From Octopus vulgaris (Eukaryota), in the NCBI GenBank assembly GCA_951406725.2, contig OX597833.1:42036001-42100000 (forward strand): a stretch of 64,000 nucleotides of DNA. Reading direction: 5' to 3'. The notes under the pieces are model-generated. The model was not told the DNA's origin and did not search any database. It was given only the letters and a program-made list of their open reading frames with translations. The stretch's first letter is position 1. Each line of letters starts with the position of its first letter. The translations under genes were made by a program, and so were the position numbers. Shown in pieces: positions 13,488-25,617 of this stretch.

Positions 13488-14079
13488 CTGAATAATGATT
13501 AGAAATATATAGCATCATCAACAACAACAACGTCATCAATCAATCAATAATTAAATCAATATCTAATTCACCCAAGTTGAGATAATTAGAGTCAATTGAT
13601 CAACAACTTCTAGCAGAATTATCCATCAGTGGGTCATTAACCTTACAGAAAGTGTCTCTCAAAGTTATATTAATCATAGTAAAATAAGATGTCTGTTGTG
13701 ATTAGAGGGAAGTTCTAAGTTTTTGAGTAGGGAACACTTCTTATTTTATAAATTTTATTAATTGCATTTTCCTGACAGTGGCCATCATAGGTTGTCTGGG
13801 ATTCTATAATTATTTTTACTTTTGTATTTTTGATATTTATGGTAGGTGATAGAAGGCAGTGCCATCCAGTGCACCTCCATAGTGATGGGCATGAGAGCTG
13901 GTTCATATTTATCTGACTTCTACTCTTTGACCTGCTCCAGCATGGCCACAGTCAAATGACTGAAACAAGTAAAAGAGTATCAGTTGGTAGGGTCTTGACT
14001 TAAAATCCACTGCAGGCATTTTGTTATGTATTTGAATTAAATACTTAATTTTGTGTGCCAAATTTCCCTACCTCTCAGT

Positions 14080-14950
14080 GAACAAGTATTAGCCCTTTAG
14101 GGAATGTTAATGGCAAAAATCTTTAAGCTTTTCTGAGGAAAACATCCATTTGATTGTGCTCATCTTATTTCTTTCCAGCTGTCACACATCATCTGCATTC
14201 CATGTCCATCTATGGAATTCCTACCTATTCTTTTTTTACATACTGAGCATGGCTTTTTCTTGATGGCAACACCTTGTCTCTTCCTTACCAATTATAAAGC
14301 CTTTGTCTTTGCTATGTTTAATTTAAGTTCTCTCAATTCGAGGCTTTGATTCCATGTTTGAAATTTCTGCACAGATTCGGCTATAAGAACTAAGTCTTTG
14401 GCATTTAGAAGTTTCCACTGACTGTTAATTCCTCTGCTATGGCCTGGGGAACTATATTAACCCTTTAGCATTTAAACTGGCCGTATCAGGCTCCAAAACT
14501 CTACTTGTTTTATGTTTAAAACAATCAGTTATGGACTTTCACATCTACCCAACAATGCAATTCTAAAATAGAGAACCACATTATTTGTTGCATTTGACTA
14601 AGTAATCTCAATGCTAAAAGGTTAAATGACTGGGGGCTAAGAATCAAGTCCAGAAAGATACTTACATGCATATTAAATACTTTGCTGGGCCTGCTACCAA
14701 CTCTCATCTTCTTAATAGCAAATATGTATGTGGCTTATTTGGCTTTCACAAGCTTTTCATCTACATCTAGTTTTCTTAGTGACCTTTAGACTGCAGAGTT
14801 TAATATCCCTACAAAGACTTTCTCTAAGTCAACAAATCTAAGTATAGCGGCATACTCTTTGCTAAAACCTTCTCCTTTAATGTCTCACGAGAAAAACCAA
14901 ATGTCTTGCAGTATTCCCTTATGTCCTTTTTCATACTGATTTCAATACAT
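14080..14950 (-). mobile_element. Decayed RTE-like reverse transcriptase fragment
   Basis: Remnant FVDLEK and ILSP motifs with many stops; interrupted by a MITE. Confidence 0.5.
14461..14621. mobile_element. piggyBac-like MITE
   Basis: TTAA on both sides; inverted ends ccctttagcatt / aatgctaaaagg. Confidence 0.7.
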
Positions 14951-15376
14951 GCCAGATTCCTTGAAAGAAATACTAGTCAAGTGTTGGAGTTAATTTAATC
15001 ACCAATTGTACCTCCTAATTTGTGGCCTCCTTTATTATAATCTTTTATTTGTGGATTTCAAAATTTAGAAGCAGTTATATATTTAAAGCACAAGAGGAAG
15101 AAACAGAGAGAAGAGGTGAGTTAGTGAATAGAGTAATGAATACAGAGAGAAGGAGGTTGAAAACAGAGACAGGTTGGAGAGAGAGAGAGAGAAAGAGAGT
15201 GAGTGTTGGAGAATTGGGTGAATACTGAGATGCTATAGAGAGGGGGAAGTGGAAAATAGGGAATGTAGTTGAGAATAAAGAGGAGATAGCATGTGGAGAT
15301 AAGTGGAGAACAGAGAGAGAAAAAAGACTGGAGAATAGTAAGAGCGACAGAGGAGCAAAAAGTTACATAAGCATAT

Positions 15377-15774
15377 AGGCGCAGGAGTGGCTGTGTGGTA
15401 AGTAGCTTGTTTACCAACCACATGATTATGGGTTCAGTCCCACTGCGTGGCACCTTGGGCAAGTGTCTTCTATTATAGCCTCGGGCTGACCAAAGCCTTG
15501 TGAGCGGATTTAGTAGACGGAAACTGAAAGAAGCCCGTCGTATATATATATATATATATGCGTATCTGTGTTTGTGTCTGTGTTTGTCCCCCTAGCATTG
15601 CTTGACAACCGATGCTGGTGTGTTTATGCCCCCGTTACTTAGCAGTTTGGCAAAAGAGACCAATAGAATAAGTACTGGGCTTACAAAAGAATAAGACCCG
15701 GGGTCGAGTTGCTCGATTAAAGGCGGCGCTCCAACATGGCCGCAGTCAAATGACTGAAACAAGTAAAAGAGTAA
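15377..15774 (+). mobile_element. Family B SINE
   Basis: Full head-to-tail copy with internal (TA)n. Confidence 0.88.
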
Positions 15775-15865
15775 GCATATATACAATTAGATAGATTGAT
15801 AGATAGATAGATAGAGAGAGAGAGAGATCAACAGTTATATTTGATTAATTGATAAATATAATTAC

Positions 15866-16032
15866 CCAGCTTGCTTTCTTTGGAGGTTCAATGGTAACAA
15901 TATCTCTACCATCTTTGGAAATAGTTATGGCATATACTTTAGTGGCGTACTTTTTGTCTATACATGTGATCTTCACTTTTTCTTTTCCTCCAGCTCTTAC
16001 TTCACCAGGAGTTATTACAATGTCAACAGATT
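15866..16032 (-). CDS. Single-Ig gene, coding exon 3 (first half of Ig domain)
   Basis: Acceptor cttctcttttcag|; encodes SVDIVITPGEVRAGGKEKVKITCIDKKYATKVYAITISKDGRDIVTIEPPKKASW; phase-0 donor |gtaatt; B-strand VKITC. Confidence 0.88.
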
Positions 16033-16214
16033 CTGAAAAGAGAAGATGGATTTATATAGCAGATGAAGTAGAGAGAGAATCTATGAGTTGGTCAAAAGGT
16101 TTTGAAGGTATATATAAATATATGTAGAAGGAAAAAAAGGCATTAAAAAATCCAGGCAGATACCAATAAAGCATTCGGTCTTAAACAAATTTGGTTGACT
16201 ATATCCAACAATCG

Positions 16215-16505
16215 TGGAGGCGCAATGGCCCAGTGGTTAGGGCAGTGGACTCTAGGTTGGAGGATTGCAGTTTTGATTCCCATACCGAGCGTTGTGTGTG
16301 TTTATTGAGCAAAAACACCTAAAGCTCCACAAGGCTCTGGCAGGGGGTTGTGGCAACCCCTGTTGTACTCTTTCGCCCCAACTTTCTCTCGCTCTTTCTT
16401 CCTGTTTCTTGAGTAATGCTGTGATGGACTGGCATCCCGTCCAGCTGGGGGGAACACATATGCTACAGAAACCGGGAAACCAGGCCCATGAAAAGGGTGC
16501 ATAAA
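16215..16505 (+). mobile_element. Family D tRNA-derived SINE
   Basis: A-box-like tggcccagtggttagg; gatggactggcatcccgtccag central domain; similar to the 33-34 kb copies. Confidence 0.75.
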
Positions 16506-18349
16506 ATTAAAAAAAGAAATATCCAATTATCAGATACCAATAAATGCAAGTAGAATACACACCCCAGGTAATTCCTCATGTGTGACAAGTAGATCCTAAT
16601 ATCATTTAGAAAAATTTCAAGAAATTCAGAGTATTTGACAACAAAAATATGTATAGAGAAAATCACATTTTTATTTTAGAATTCACCTTATAAAACCGAC
16701 AATTGTTTCTATTATATTAACATATTTAGATATTGAAAATATCGTTGAAATTAATATTTCTGAAAATACAAATTAACTCAGTATTTTTAAGGTGATCCAG
16801 AATAAGTTAAATTCAAAGTGAACTAAGGAAATATTTCCAGCACCTTGTAGGCAAGATTCAACTGTTAGAGAACTACATCATATTCCAATATCTGCTTTGG
16901 CATTGTATCTAATACCAGCCACTTTACAGAGTGTACTGGGTAAATTTAACATTGCACTAACACCAGTGACATCCCCATGTAGCCCATGAGACAAAGATCC
17001 CCTTTAAATGAGTGTGCTACAATTGGAAGAAAGGCTGCTTTATGCTTGTTGATGAAAGGTTAAAGTATGAAGGAAGAGGATGGAATAGGTTTCTTGCTGT
17101 ATAGGAGATACCTGGTTACTCACATTACGTAAAAGTGAGAGTAATTGGGGAAAGGAAGATAAGGATGGTGATAAAATGTCAGAGTGGGCCATGGAAGCAA
17201 ATAAATAGGGAGGGTGGGTCATGGAAGCAAATAAATAGGGAGACAGTGAGTGATGGTTAAAGATGGGGTAATGATGCAAATATACTGAACGATGGACAAG
17301 GATTGAGTGGGGTGTTGATGATAAATATGAATTGGATGGTAAAAAAGGATGAAAACTAAGTATGATTAGTGATATATATGAGATAGATGGGGGAGAGATT
17401 GAGGAGAGTATGTGTGGACTGCAGTACAGAAGGAATGAAAAGCAGTAGAATAGTAATACTACGGTAGATGGGAAAAAGATGAGAAAAGGACGTGGTGTGT
17501 GGGTGGGTAAGTTTTGCATGAATGCGAGTGGAGAGACAAACATAGTGCATGCAGAGAGTGAGAGATTTATGATGATATAGGCATACGGGTAGGTTAACAG
17601 GAGGTGGTTTGGTGGGGAGAGAGAGATAGAAAATTTGGTAGTATGGAGGGATGGGGTGATCAGTGTAAAATGTAAGTGGAGAGGGACAATGTTAAGAATG
17701 ACAGTTGGATGTCAAGTGAAGTGGTTCCTGGTAGTAAGAAAGATTACTGATATCATAGAAAAGACAATAAAATATGTAGTTCTGTCCTCATTTAATTACA
17801 GCAGTAGAATACTGCAGTTATGCAAGTGATTGAAAGATCAGTGATTGAGGAATGAGGGTTGGCAGTGGAGAAGGTTTGACAAGGAAATTAGATGAGGGGC
17901 CCAGAACCTCAGTTTTGCAGAGATGTGTGGATTTTCTTGAGTACTACATATCACCAATTATTCCAATTCTTTCTCATCCTCTCTATGAGATTCAAAGCCC
18001 TGAGATTGTTCCATGTCTCATGAGTCTTCCTCTTCTACAAGTTCCATCCAACTGAAGAAACTGGAACTTCTCTATACAGCTGTCCTCATCCATCGAAAGA
18101 TGTTTCATACAACATTTGATTCCTCTTCGACCTAATTTTTCTCTCAATACAGTTGTACTTTGTTATTCATGTACACTTGTTGCAGCTTCATTTCTTTCTA
18201 GTCTTCACACGTCCTTTGCATGACCCCTTTTGCTTTCTCTCTCTCTTCCTTCACCTCTCTCTCTCTCTCTCTCACACACACATACATACTTTTTATCAAA
18301 GCCAAAAAAGTTTTCACGAACTATTACTCAGAGTTTCATGTTATTTCCA

Positions 18350-18380
<31 letters not shown>

Positions 18381-18750
18381 TCTCTCTTTATATATATCTG
18401 GATGGATGGACAGATGAACAAATGCAACAAGATGGATAGATGCAACAGACTTCTATATAGTTTCTGTCTACCAATAAGAACTTGTCAGTTTGTGTTAAAA
18501 CCATAGCAATAAAAAGATTACTAACAATAACAAGTGAAATCTAAATACTGCAATTAACTGTAAATTAACTGTAAATTAACTGTAACTGTCTACTTGAGCT
18601 AATCTGTAGTTTATTACATTAAAGAGTCACTTAAAAGACAACTCTACACTGAAGTCCTACATCAGACTCACTGAAAATAACTTCAAAACATGGCTCTACC
18701 AGCAGAGGCATTCCTTCATCAATAATGCTCAAAGACATTATTTGACTGCT

Positions 18751-18985
18751 TCATCATCATCATCATCATCCTTTAATGTCTGTTTTCCACACTGGCATGG
18801 GTTTGATGGTTTGACCAGAGCTGGCAAGCTAAAGAGCTGCACCAGGTTCCAGTCTGATTTGACTTGTTTTCTATGGCTGGATGCCCTTCCCAATGCCAAT
18901 CACTCCACCTTGTGTGCTGGATGCTTTTGATGTGCCACTGGGATGAACACCTTTATGTGGCACCAGCACAAGTGCTTTTTACGTG
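18751..18985 (-). mobile_element. Family A retroposon, diverged
   Basis: (CAT)n tail and ggctggatgcccttcc core. Confidence 0.7.
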
Positions 18986-19202
18986 GGTCATCCTAGACTT
19001 TAGGATGTATAAGCATAGAATGGATGGTTCACATCTTGGCTCCATCACCGGTGATGACAAACTGAGAAAATCCTCATATTGTGAAAAAGTTCCAGTGGCT
19101 TAAATCTCAAGTCGGAACTGCAAATGCACACCAAAATACTTTTGGGCTGGTAGAAATTATCTTAATACCAATTTATATACATACATACATATATGTATAT
19201 AT

Positions 19203-19249
<47 letters not shown>

Positions 19250-19250
<1 letters not shown>

Positions 19251-19417
19251 CTACACTCACGGAATGGTTGGCGTTAGGAAGGGCATCCAGCTGTAGAAAC
19301 ATTGCCAGATAAGACTGGAGCCTGGTGCAGCCTTCTGGCTTCCCAGATCCCCGGTCGAACCGTCCAACCCATGCTAGCATGGAGAACGGACGTTAAACGA
19401 TGATGATGATGATGATG
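19250..19417 (+). mobile_element. Family A retroposon, 5'-truncated
   Basis: Core and GAT tail. Confidence 0.85.
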
Positions 19418-19614
19418 AACAGATTTCTGTACACTCTAAAATGAATGTTAATAGGAGAGTCAAGAGTAAAAGTCTATCAGATTGACTTAATGATAAGACT
19501 GAAATGTTTAGTCTTCACTATGGACACATTAACTTAAAGAAACAAACAGAAATAGATATACAGATAAACAAACAAAAAAATAGAGTCAGATAGACAGACA
19601 GAGAGGGAGAGAGG

Positions 19615-19885
<271 letters not shown>

Positions 19886-20592
19886 GGGCTACTTTGATTA
19901 ATGTAGTCTTAGGTTCCTTGTACAATAGGAAAGAGTTGGAGCAGTTTTGATCATAAGTTTGCTTAATTAGAGGTGACCTGGAGCTAAACAACTCAGATCA
20001 AGCAAATAAGAAAACAATGTAGTAAAAAGATTACTAACAATAACAAGTGAAATCTAAATACTTTTGTTCTAACTATTCCAGCTAAGGTCATGCTGGAGCA
20101 CTGCCTTTGCAAGATAGTCTGACTTAAATTGATTTTTACTGATAAAGTTCACAAAGTAGAACGAGTTTTTTTATTATTTTTTAAAAAATTTTTAATTTGA
20201 TGAATCAGCACTAATGGCCCTTTACTGGGCTCCCAGATTGAAGTTGAGTGAGGATGTAGTGGTGATTTATTTAGGTTGAGTGACGATATAGGAGGGATAT
20301 AGTTAAAGCTGAGTGACACTGTAGCAATAACTTAACTGAGATTGGGTTGACATGGAATGACTTACTGAGGACAGTCTGGATAAGTAACTTACATGATTTT
20401 GAATAATGATGTCATGGCTCCCTTACTGTGGTTCATGGTGGTGGTGTTATTTAACCTCTGGCCAACCTTGACCTCGGAAGTCAATAATCAAAGCTTTCCA
20501 GCCTTGATCATCCAATCTTTTATTCTGATATAGTGTATCTAGGACTACATTATCCAGTTTACTTTTCTCACTTGAAGACATTACAGTGTTGA

Positions 20593-20787
20593 TTTGCCTG
20601 CTATTTTTAGCAGGTTGAAAATTTGCCTGCTATTTTTAGTAGGTTGAAAATTTGCCTTCTATTTTTAGCAGGTTGAAAATTTGCCTGCTATTTTTAGTAG
20701 GTTGAAAATTTGCCTGCTATTTTTAGTAGGTTGAAAATCTGCCTGCTATTTTTAGCAGGTTGAAAATTCGCCTGCTATTTTTAGCAG
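20593..20787. repeat. 29-bp minisatellite, about 7 copies, with an internal hairpin
   Basis: Unit tttgcctgctatttttagcaggttgaaaa; CCTGCTA-tttt-TAGCAGG stem. Confidence 0.92.
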
Positions 20788-21499
20788 GCTTCCTCATTGG
20801 CTCTTTCTGATAGATTTAATTAAATTCCACTGAACCATCATCTCATAACAGGTAATTCCAAAATAAATTAGTAACCATCAATACAAACAAGTATTACGGA
20901 AGATTTAAATCCAGTTGAGCTAATTCTGGATTAACGGCAGTTATTTAATCTTCTAATGTCATGTCATCATAAGGATTATCTTTTAGGAAAAAAAAAACAA
21001 TGAAAATTTATGAACAATTACTGTTCTATGAGATCTCTTTGATCAAATTGTTGCTGCTGTTATTGTTTACCTCTAAGTGAGCTCTGATCCAGCAAACTTA
21101 TGATCTAAGGTATTACGAATTTGATCATCCTTGCCTTTCATGTATATTCAAAACTGTATTTTTAACGGGTAAGGAATGATTTGAGGTTCTTGTAGGACAA
21201 GGGGCCTTGTAGGTTCTTCCTCATTGGCTGAGGTTTACTGTTGATCAATAAACAGTGAGTAATGTTATTGACTGTCTAAACATCAAAGTAGAAACCATAG
21301 AATGCCTGGGGTTTGGTGTGGTATTTGGTATTTGTAAAATGGAAGCTAAGTGATTTGTAAGAAGGCCATTCCGGCATTCTGGTGTCCTTTGGGTAGGAAA
21401 AAAAAATCCCTAAAATATATCTTGAAAATGATAAGAGAAGTTTTCTAGAGGAGATTTGATCTGCTACATAGAACAGTTGTCTTGCTGATATTGGTGAAA

Positions 21500-21657
21500 A
21501 GAAGAAGAAGAAGAAGAAGAAGAAGAAGAAGAAGAAGAAGAAGAAGAAGAAGAAGAAGAAGAAGAAGAAGAAGAAGAAGAAGAAGAAGAAGAAGAAGAAG
21601 AAGAAGAAGAAGAAGAAGAAGAAGAAGAAGAAGAAGAAGAAGAAGAAGAAGAAGAAG
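21500..21657. repeat. Pure (GAA)n tract, about 52 units
   Basis: Directly visible; source of the poly-F and poly-S ORFs. Confidence 0.97.
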
Positions 21658-21789
21658 ATAGCAACAATAATAATCCCTTCTAATATAGGCACAATAAGAG
21701 TAGAAGTTAGTTGATTACATTGACCTTAGTGCTCAACTGGTGCTTTTTTTCTCAACCTTGAAAGGATGAAAGATAAAGTTGACTGCAGA

Positions 21790-23142
21790 ATTGTTGGCTT
21801 CCCAACTGAAAGAGAAGAATCTTCTAGAGAATGGTGTCTCTATAACCTTTTATCTGACTTAGCATGAAGTGTTTATAATGGAAGGCTGCTACAAGTTCCT
21901 TTCTTTCTTCACAAAAGAGGAAGAGCTGGTGTTCTACAGAGATGTCAGTGGGCTTCTTAATAAACTTGGCATTGAGGAATGGTGCCTTTTCATAGACAGC
22001 TCTATGCATAGTTTAAAACATGTATTGTTGTACAACGGAAATGTGTATGGCTCTGTCCCACTTGGCCACTCAACAACTCTGAAGGAAAAATATGAAAAAA
22101 TTAAGTTGGTTTTAATGAAGATACTGTATCATGATCATAAATGGGTCATCTGTGTTGACTTAAAGATGGTAAATTTTCTCATGGGACAGCAATCTGGTTA
22201 TACCAAATACCCATGCTTTCTTTGCATGTGGGACTATAGAGACTGCGTAAACCACTATGTTAAGAAAGACTGGCCGCCTTGAACAAATATGGTTCCATAT
22301 AGAGCTGCCAATATATTGGAAGAACCTTTAGTTAAGCAAGATAAGATCATTTACCCCACCCTCTGCACATCAAACTCAGATTGATCCAGCAATTCATCAA
22401 AGCTCTTGGCAAAAATGGGGAGTGCTTCAAGTATATCTGCAGTGTATTTCCAGACTTGATAATTGAAAAACTTAAAGCAGGGATTTTTGATGGACCATAG
22501 ATCTGTAAGCTCTTGATGGACACAAATTTCATGAAGATGAAGCATCAGCTTGGCTAGCCTTTGCAGAAATAGAGCAAAATTTCCTTGGAAAACACTAAAG
22601 TGAAAACTATAAAGATCTTATTACCAATTTGATATCAACTTTACATGATACTGGTGTGAATATGAGCATCAAAATGCATTATCTTTTCCTGAAAATATTG
22701 GAGATGTTAGTGATGAACAAGATGAATAATTCCATCCGGACAGCAAGGAGATGGAAACTTGGTACCAAAGACGATGGGACGCTATAATGATAGTGGACTA
22801 TTGCAGGTGTTTAAAATGAGATTCTGCTGTTGCTCAATATTCACGGTGCATAAAGAAGTGAAAATTTATTCGTTGAATTTTCTGCCAAAAATCTTTGCCA
22901 ATGCGCATTTTCAATTTTGAATTTTTATTTGTACTTTGTTTTGTTTTGTGTTACGCTCTCTTTATTGATTCATAATATATGCCTCTTCCATGAATAAAGT
23001 ACTTATTCTATCAGGTCTAGTTTTCTGACTATTCCTGATAGAGAAAAACTGAAGTTATTTTTGAATTTCACTGGCAAAATCACATAAGAATTTATTGAAA
23101 TATTCCAGGTACCAGACAAAAAAATCTTTTTGTTGCTGAGTG
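21790..23142 (+). mobile_element. Chapaev3 (CMC) DNA transposon relic: broken transposase plus right end
   Basis: WCLFIDSS..SLKHVLLYNGN..SVPLGHS, WVICVDLKMVNFLMGQQSGYTKYPCFLCMWD, LHIKL, GIFDGP, FH.DSKEME..YQRRW..M.DYC; end tttttgttgctgagtg; stops and frameshifts. Confidence 0.85.
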
Positions 23143-23194
23143 TAATAATTTTGTCTGTTATATGTACAAAACCTGAAACTTTGGAGGACAAAGC

Positions 23195-23330
23195 TAGTCA
23201 ATTACATTGACCACTTAAAGGATAAAAAATAAAGTCGACTTTGGTGGAATTTGAACTCAGAACACAGAGACAGATGAAATACTACTGAGCATTTTATCGA
23301 GTACAGTAACAATTCTGCCAGCTTGCTGCC
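23195..23330 (-). mobile_element. Family C SINE (Meta-domain-like), partial
   Basis: ggcagcaagctggcagaa head; ctgagttcaaattccac; similar to 23975-24190 and 26690-26900. Confidence 0.7.
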
Positions 23331-23436
23331 TTGATAATGATAATAATAATAATAATGATGATAATAATAATAATAAATAATAATAATAATAATAATAATG
23401 ATAATAATAATAATAATAACAATAATAATAATATGA

Positions 23437-23800
23437 TGTACCAATACCAACAGATGACAACATTGTTTCTCTAAAAGAAATGGAGACACTTTCAAAATAC
23501 AAAAACCTGGAAATATAGGTAACTCAAATGTGGAGTCTAAAAACAGAAACAATTCCTATCATACTGGGCACATTAGGTTTGATAAAAAAATATTTAGACA
23601 AATGCATAACAAAAACACCAGGACTTACAAACACATATAACATACAGAAAATAGCACTACTAGGCACTGCACACATCCTACGTAAAACACTTTCAATACA
23701 ATAACTATAAGAGCATCTCAACAAACTACAGCACATACCCAAGGCACACAGAGCTGTGCTCGGTAGTGCACTGAAAGCACACTATAATAATAATAAGACT
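23437..23800 (+). mobile_element. Dong/R4-type LINE 3' fragment in (TAA)n
   Basis: D.PIPTDDNI..KEM..LSKYKNLEI...IQKIALLGTAHILRKTLS; 3' UTR matches 24850-24955. Confidence 0.8.
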
Positions 23801-23801
23801 T

Positions 23802-23861
<60 letters not shown>

Positions 23862-23873
23862 GATAATAATAAT

Positions 23874-23904
<31 letters not shown>

Positions 23905-23974
23905 CTAGTTTCAGCTCATGAGCTGTGGCCATTATTATAATAATAATAATAATAATAATAATGATAATAATAAT

Positions 23975-24190
23975 CTTTTCTTCTATAGGCACAAGACTTG
24001 AAATTTGTGGAGAGAGTGGTATTTGATTACATTATCCTCCAGTGTGCAACTGGTGTCTATTTCAATGAACCATAAAAGATGAAAGGCAAAGTTGACCTCA
24101 GTGATATTTGAACTCAGAACATAAAAAATGGATGAAATATCGATATACATTTTGTCTAGTGTGCTAAAGATTCTGTCAGCTTGCTGCTTT
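23975..24190 (-). mobile_element. Family C SINE, diverged
   Basis: gatgaaaggcaaagttgacctc and tttgaactcagaac motifs. Confidence 0.7.
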
Positions 24191-24193
24191 AAT

Positions 24194-24241
<48 letters not shown>

Positions 24242-24265
24242 TATAATTAATAATAATAATAACAA

Positions 24266-24955
24266 CAACATACCAAAGACATTTAATGAAAAGAAACATA
24301 ACAAGTAACTACAGAATATGTGGAGATGGACAAGAAACAATAAATCATATTATCTCTGGCTGCCCAGTCCTGGCTAAGAAGGAATATATTCACAGATGCG
24401 ACAGAGTTGGGACCTACATACACCGGAAGCTATGCCAACACTATGGAATAACAACAGAAAAAAGATGGTACAGGCACACACCAGAAAAGGTCACAGAAAA
24501 CGAGAAAACAATACACACAGATAGAGAAATTAAGGCCAATAGGCCAGATATTATTGACAGAGATCATGAAGAAAGAAAATGCTTTCTAATTGATGTATCA
24601 ATATCAGCAGATGACAACGTTTCTCTAAAAGAAATGGTGAAACTTTCAAAATACAAAGACCTGAAAATAGAGGTAACTTGAAAGTGGAATCTAAAAACGG
24701 AAATAATTCTTATCATAGTAGGCGCATTAGGTATGATAAAAAATATTCAGACAAATACATAACAAAAACACCAAGAATTACAAATATATATAGCATACAG
24801 AAAGTTGCACTACTTGGCACTGCACACATCCTACGCAAAACACTTTCAATACAGTAACCATAAGAGCATCACAACAAACCACAGCACATACCCAAGGCAC
24901 ACAGAGCTGCGCTCGGTAGTGAAGTGAAAGCACGCTATAAAAATAAAACTACTGA
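24266..24955 (+). mobile_element. Dong/R4-type LINE 3' end (CCHC knuckle plus restriction-like endonuclease) in (TAA)n
   Basis: RICG..QETINHIISGCPVLA; ANRPDII..CFLIDVS..KLSKYKDL; (AAT)n flanks. Confidence 0.88.
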
Positions 24956-24984
24956 ATAATAATAGTAATAATAATAAGTAATGC

Positions 24985-25450
24985 ATATAATGCAAAGATC
25001 TTACGGGATTTTATGATTCAGTGCGACCATGAGATAGAGAATAGGAAATCAGACATAGTGTTAATTGAGAAAGAAAGCAAACGATGCTGGATCACAGATA
25101 TAGCATGCCCAGCTGACAACAAGGTGTGTGATAAAGCAGAAAGAAAAATCGATGTATATAACAAGTCAGCTTGGGAGGTTAAGCAGTTGTGGTCGCTGAA
25201 AAAGGTGGTTGTTTTAGTACCAATAACTGTTGGGGCCCTAGGAACAGTGAGTAAAAATCTTGAGGAGTACACGGAACAAATAGGGTCTGCAATAAGGGTG
25301 GAACACTTGCAGAAAACAGCACTGCTTGGACCCGCTCAAATACTCCGGATCGTGCTAAAAAAATAAGGGGTGTTACCTTAGTTCACTGGTAGTGAACAGT
25401 TGGCACCGTAGTACATCTCCAGCGTTAGAAGCTGTGCAAAGACAATAAAA
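24985..25450 (+). mobile_element. Second Dong/R4-type subfamily 3' end
   Basis: IQCDHEIENRKSDIV..CWITDIACP..VPITVGALG..LQKTALLG. Confidence 0.82.
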
Positions 25451-25617
25451 TAACAAGTATAATTATTATTGTTGTTTTTGTTGTTTCTTTTATTTGCCAA
25501 AGGGGTGTCTGATGGGACACATTACAAGGACAGTTTACAAATCATGTATGTGGTGATGGCTGTGGTGGAGAGGGTTTATGTAAAAGAGCTGAGGAGAAAA
25601 AGGAGGAAGAGATAAAG

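Noticed and set aside
13310-16032. V(D)J-like somatic rearrangement of the split Ig domain
   Set aside because: Ordinary GT-AG intron, a single copy of each half-exon, and no recombination signals seen.
15849-16127. 92-aa + strand ORF
   Set aside because: Antisense shadow of the real minus-strand Ig exon.
16215-16290. tRNA gene (also the heads at 34129 and 33-33.8 kb)
   Set aside because: A/B-box-like motifs only; no intact cloverleaf, and the sequence continues into a SINE body.
20593-20787. CRISPR-like palindromic 29-bp repeats
   Set aside because: Units abut with no unique spacers, no cas genes, eukaryotic context.
21276-21692. Poly-Phe and poly-Ser ORFs
   Set aside because: Translation of the (GAA)n microsatellite.
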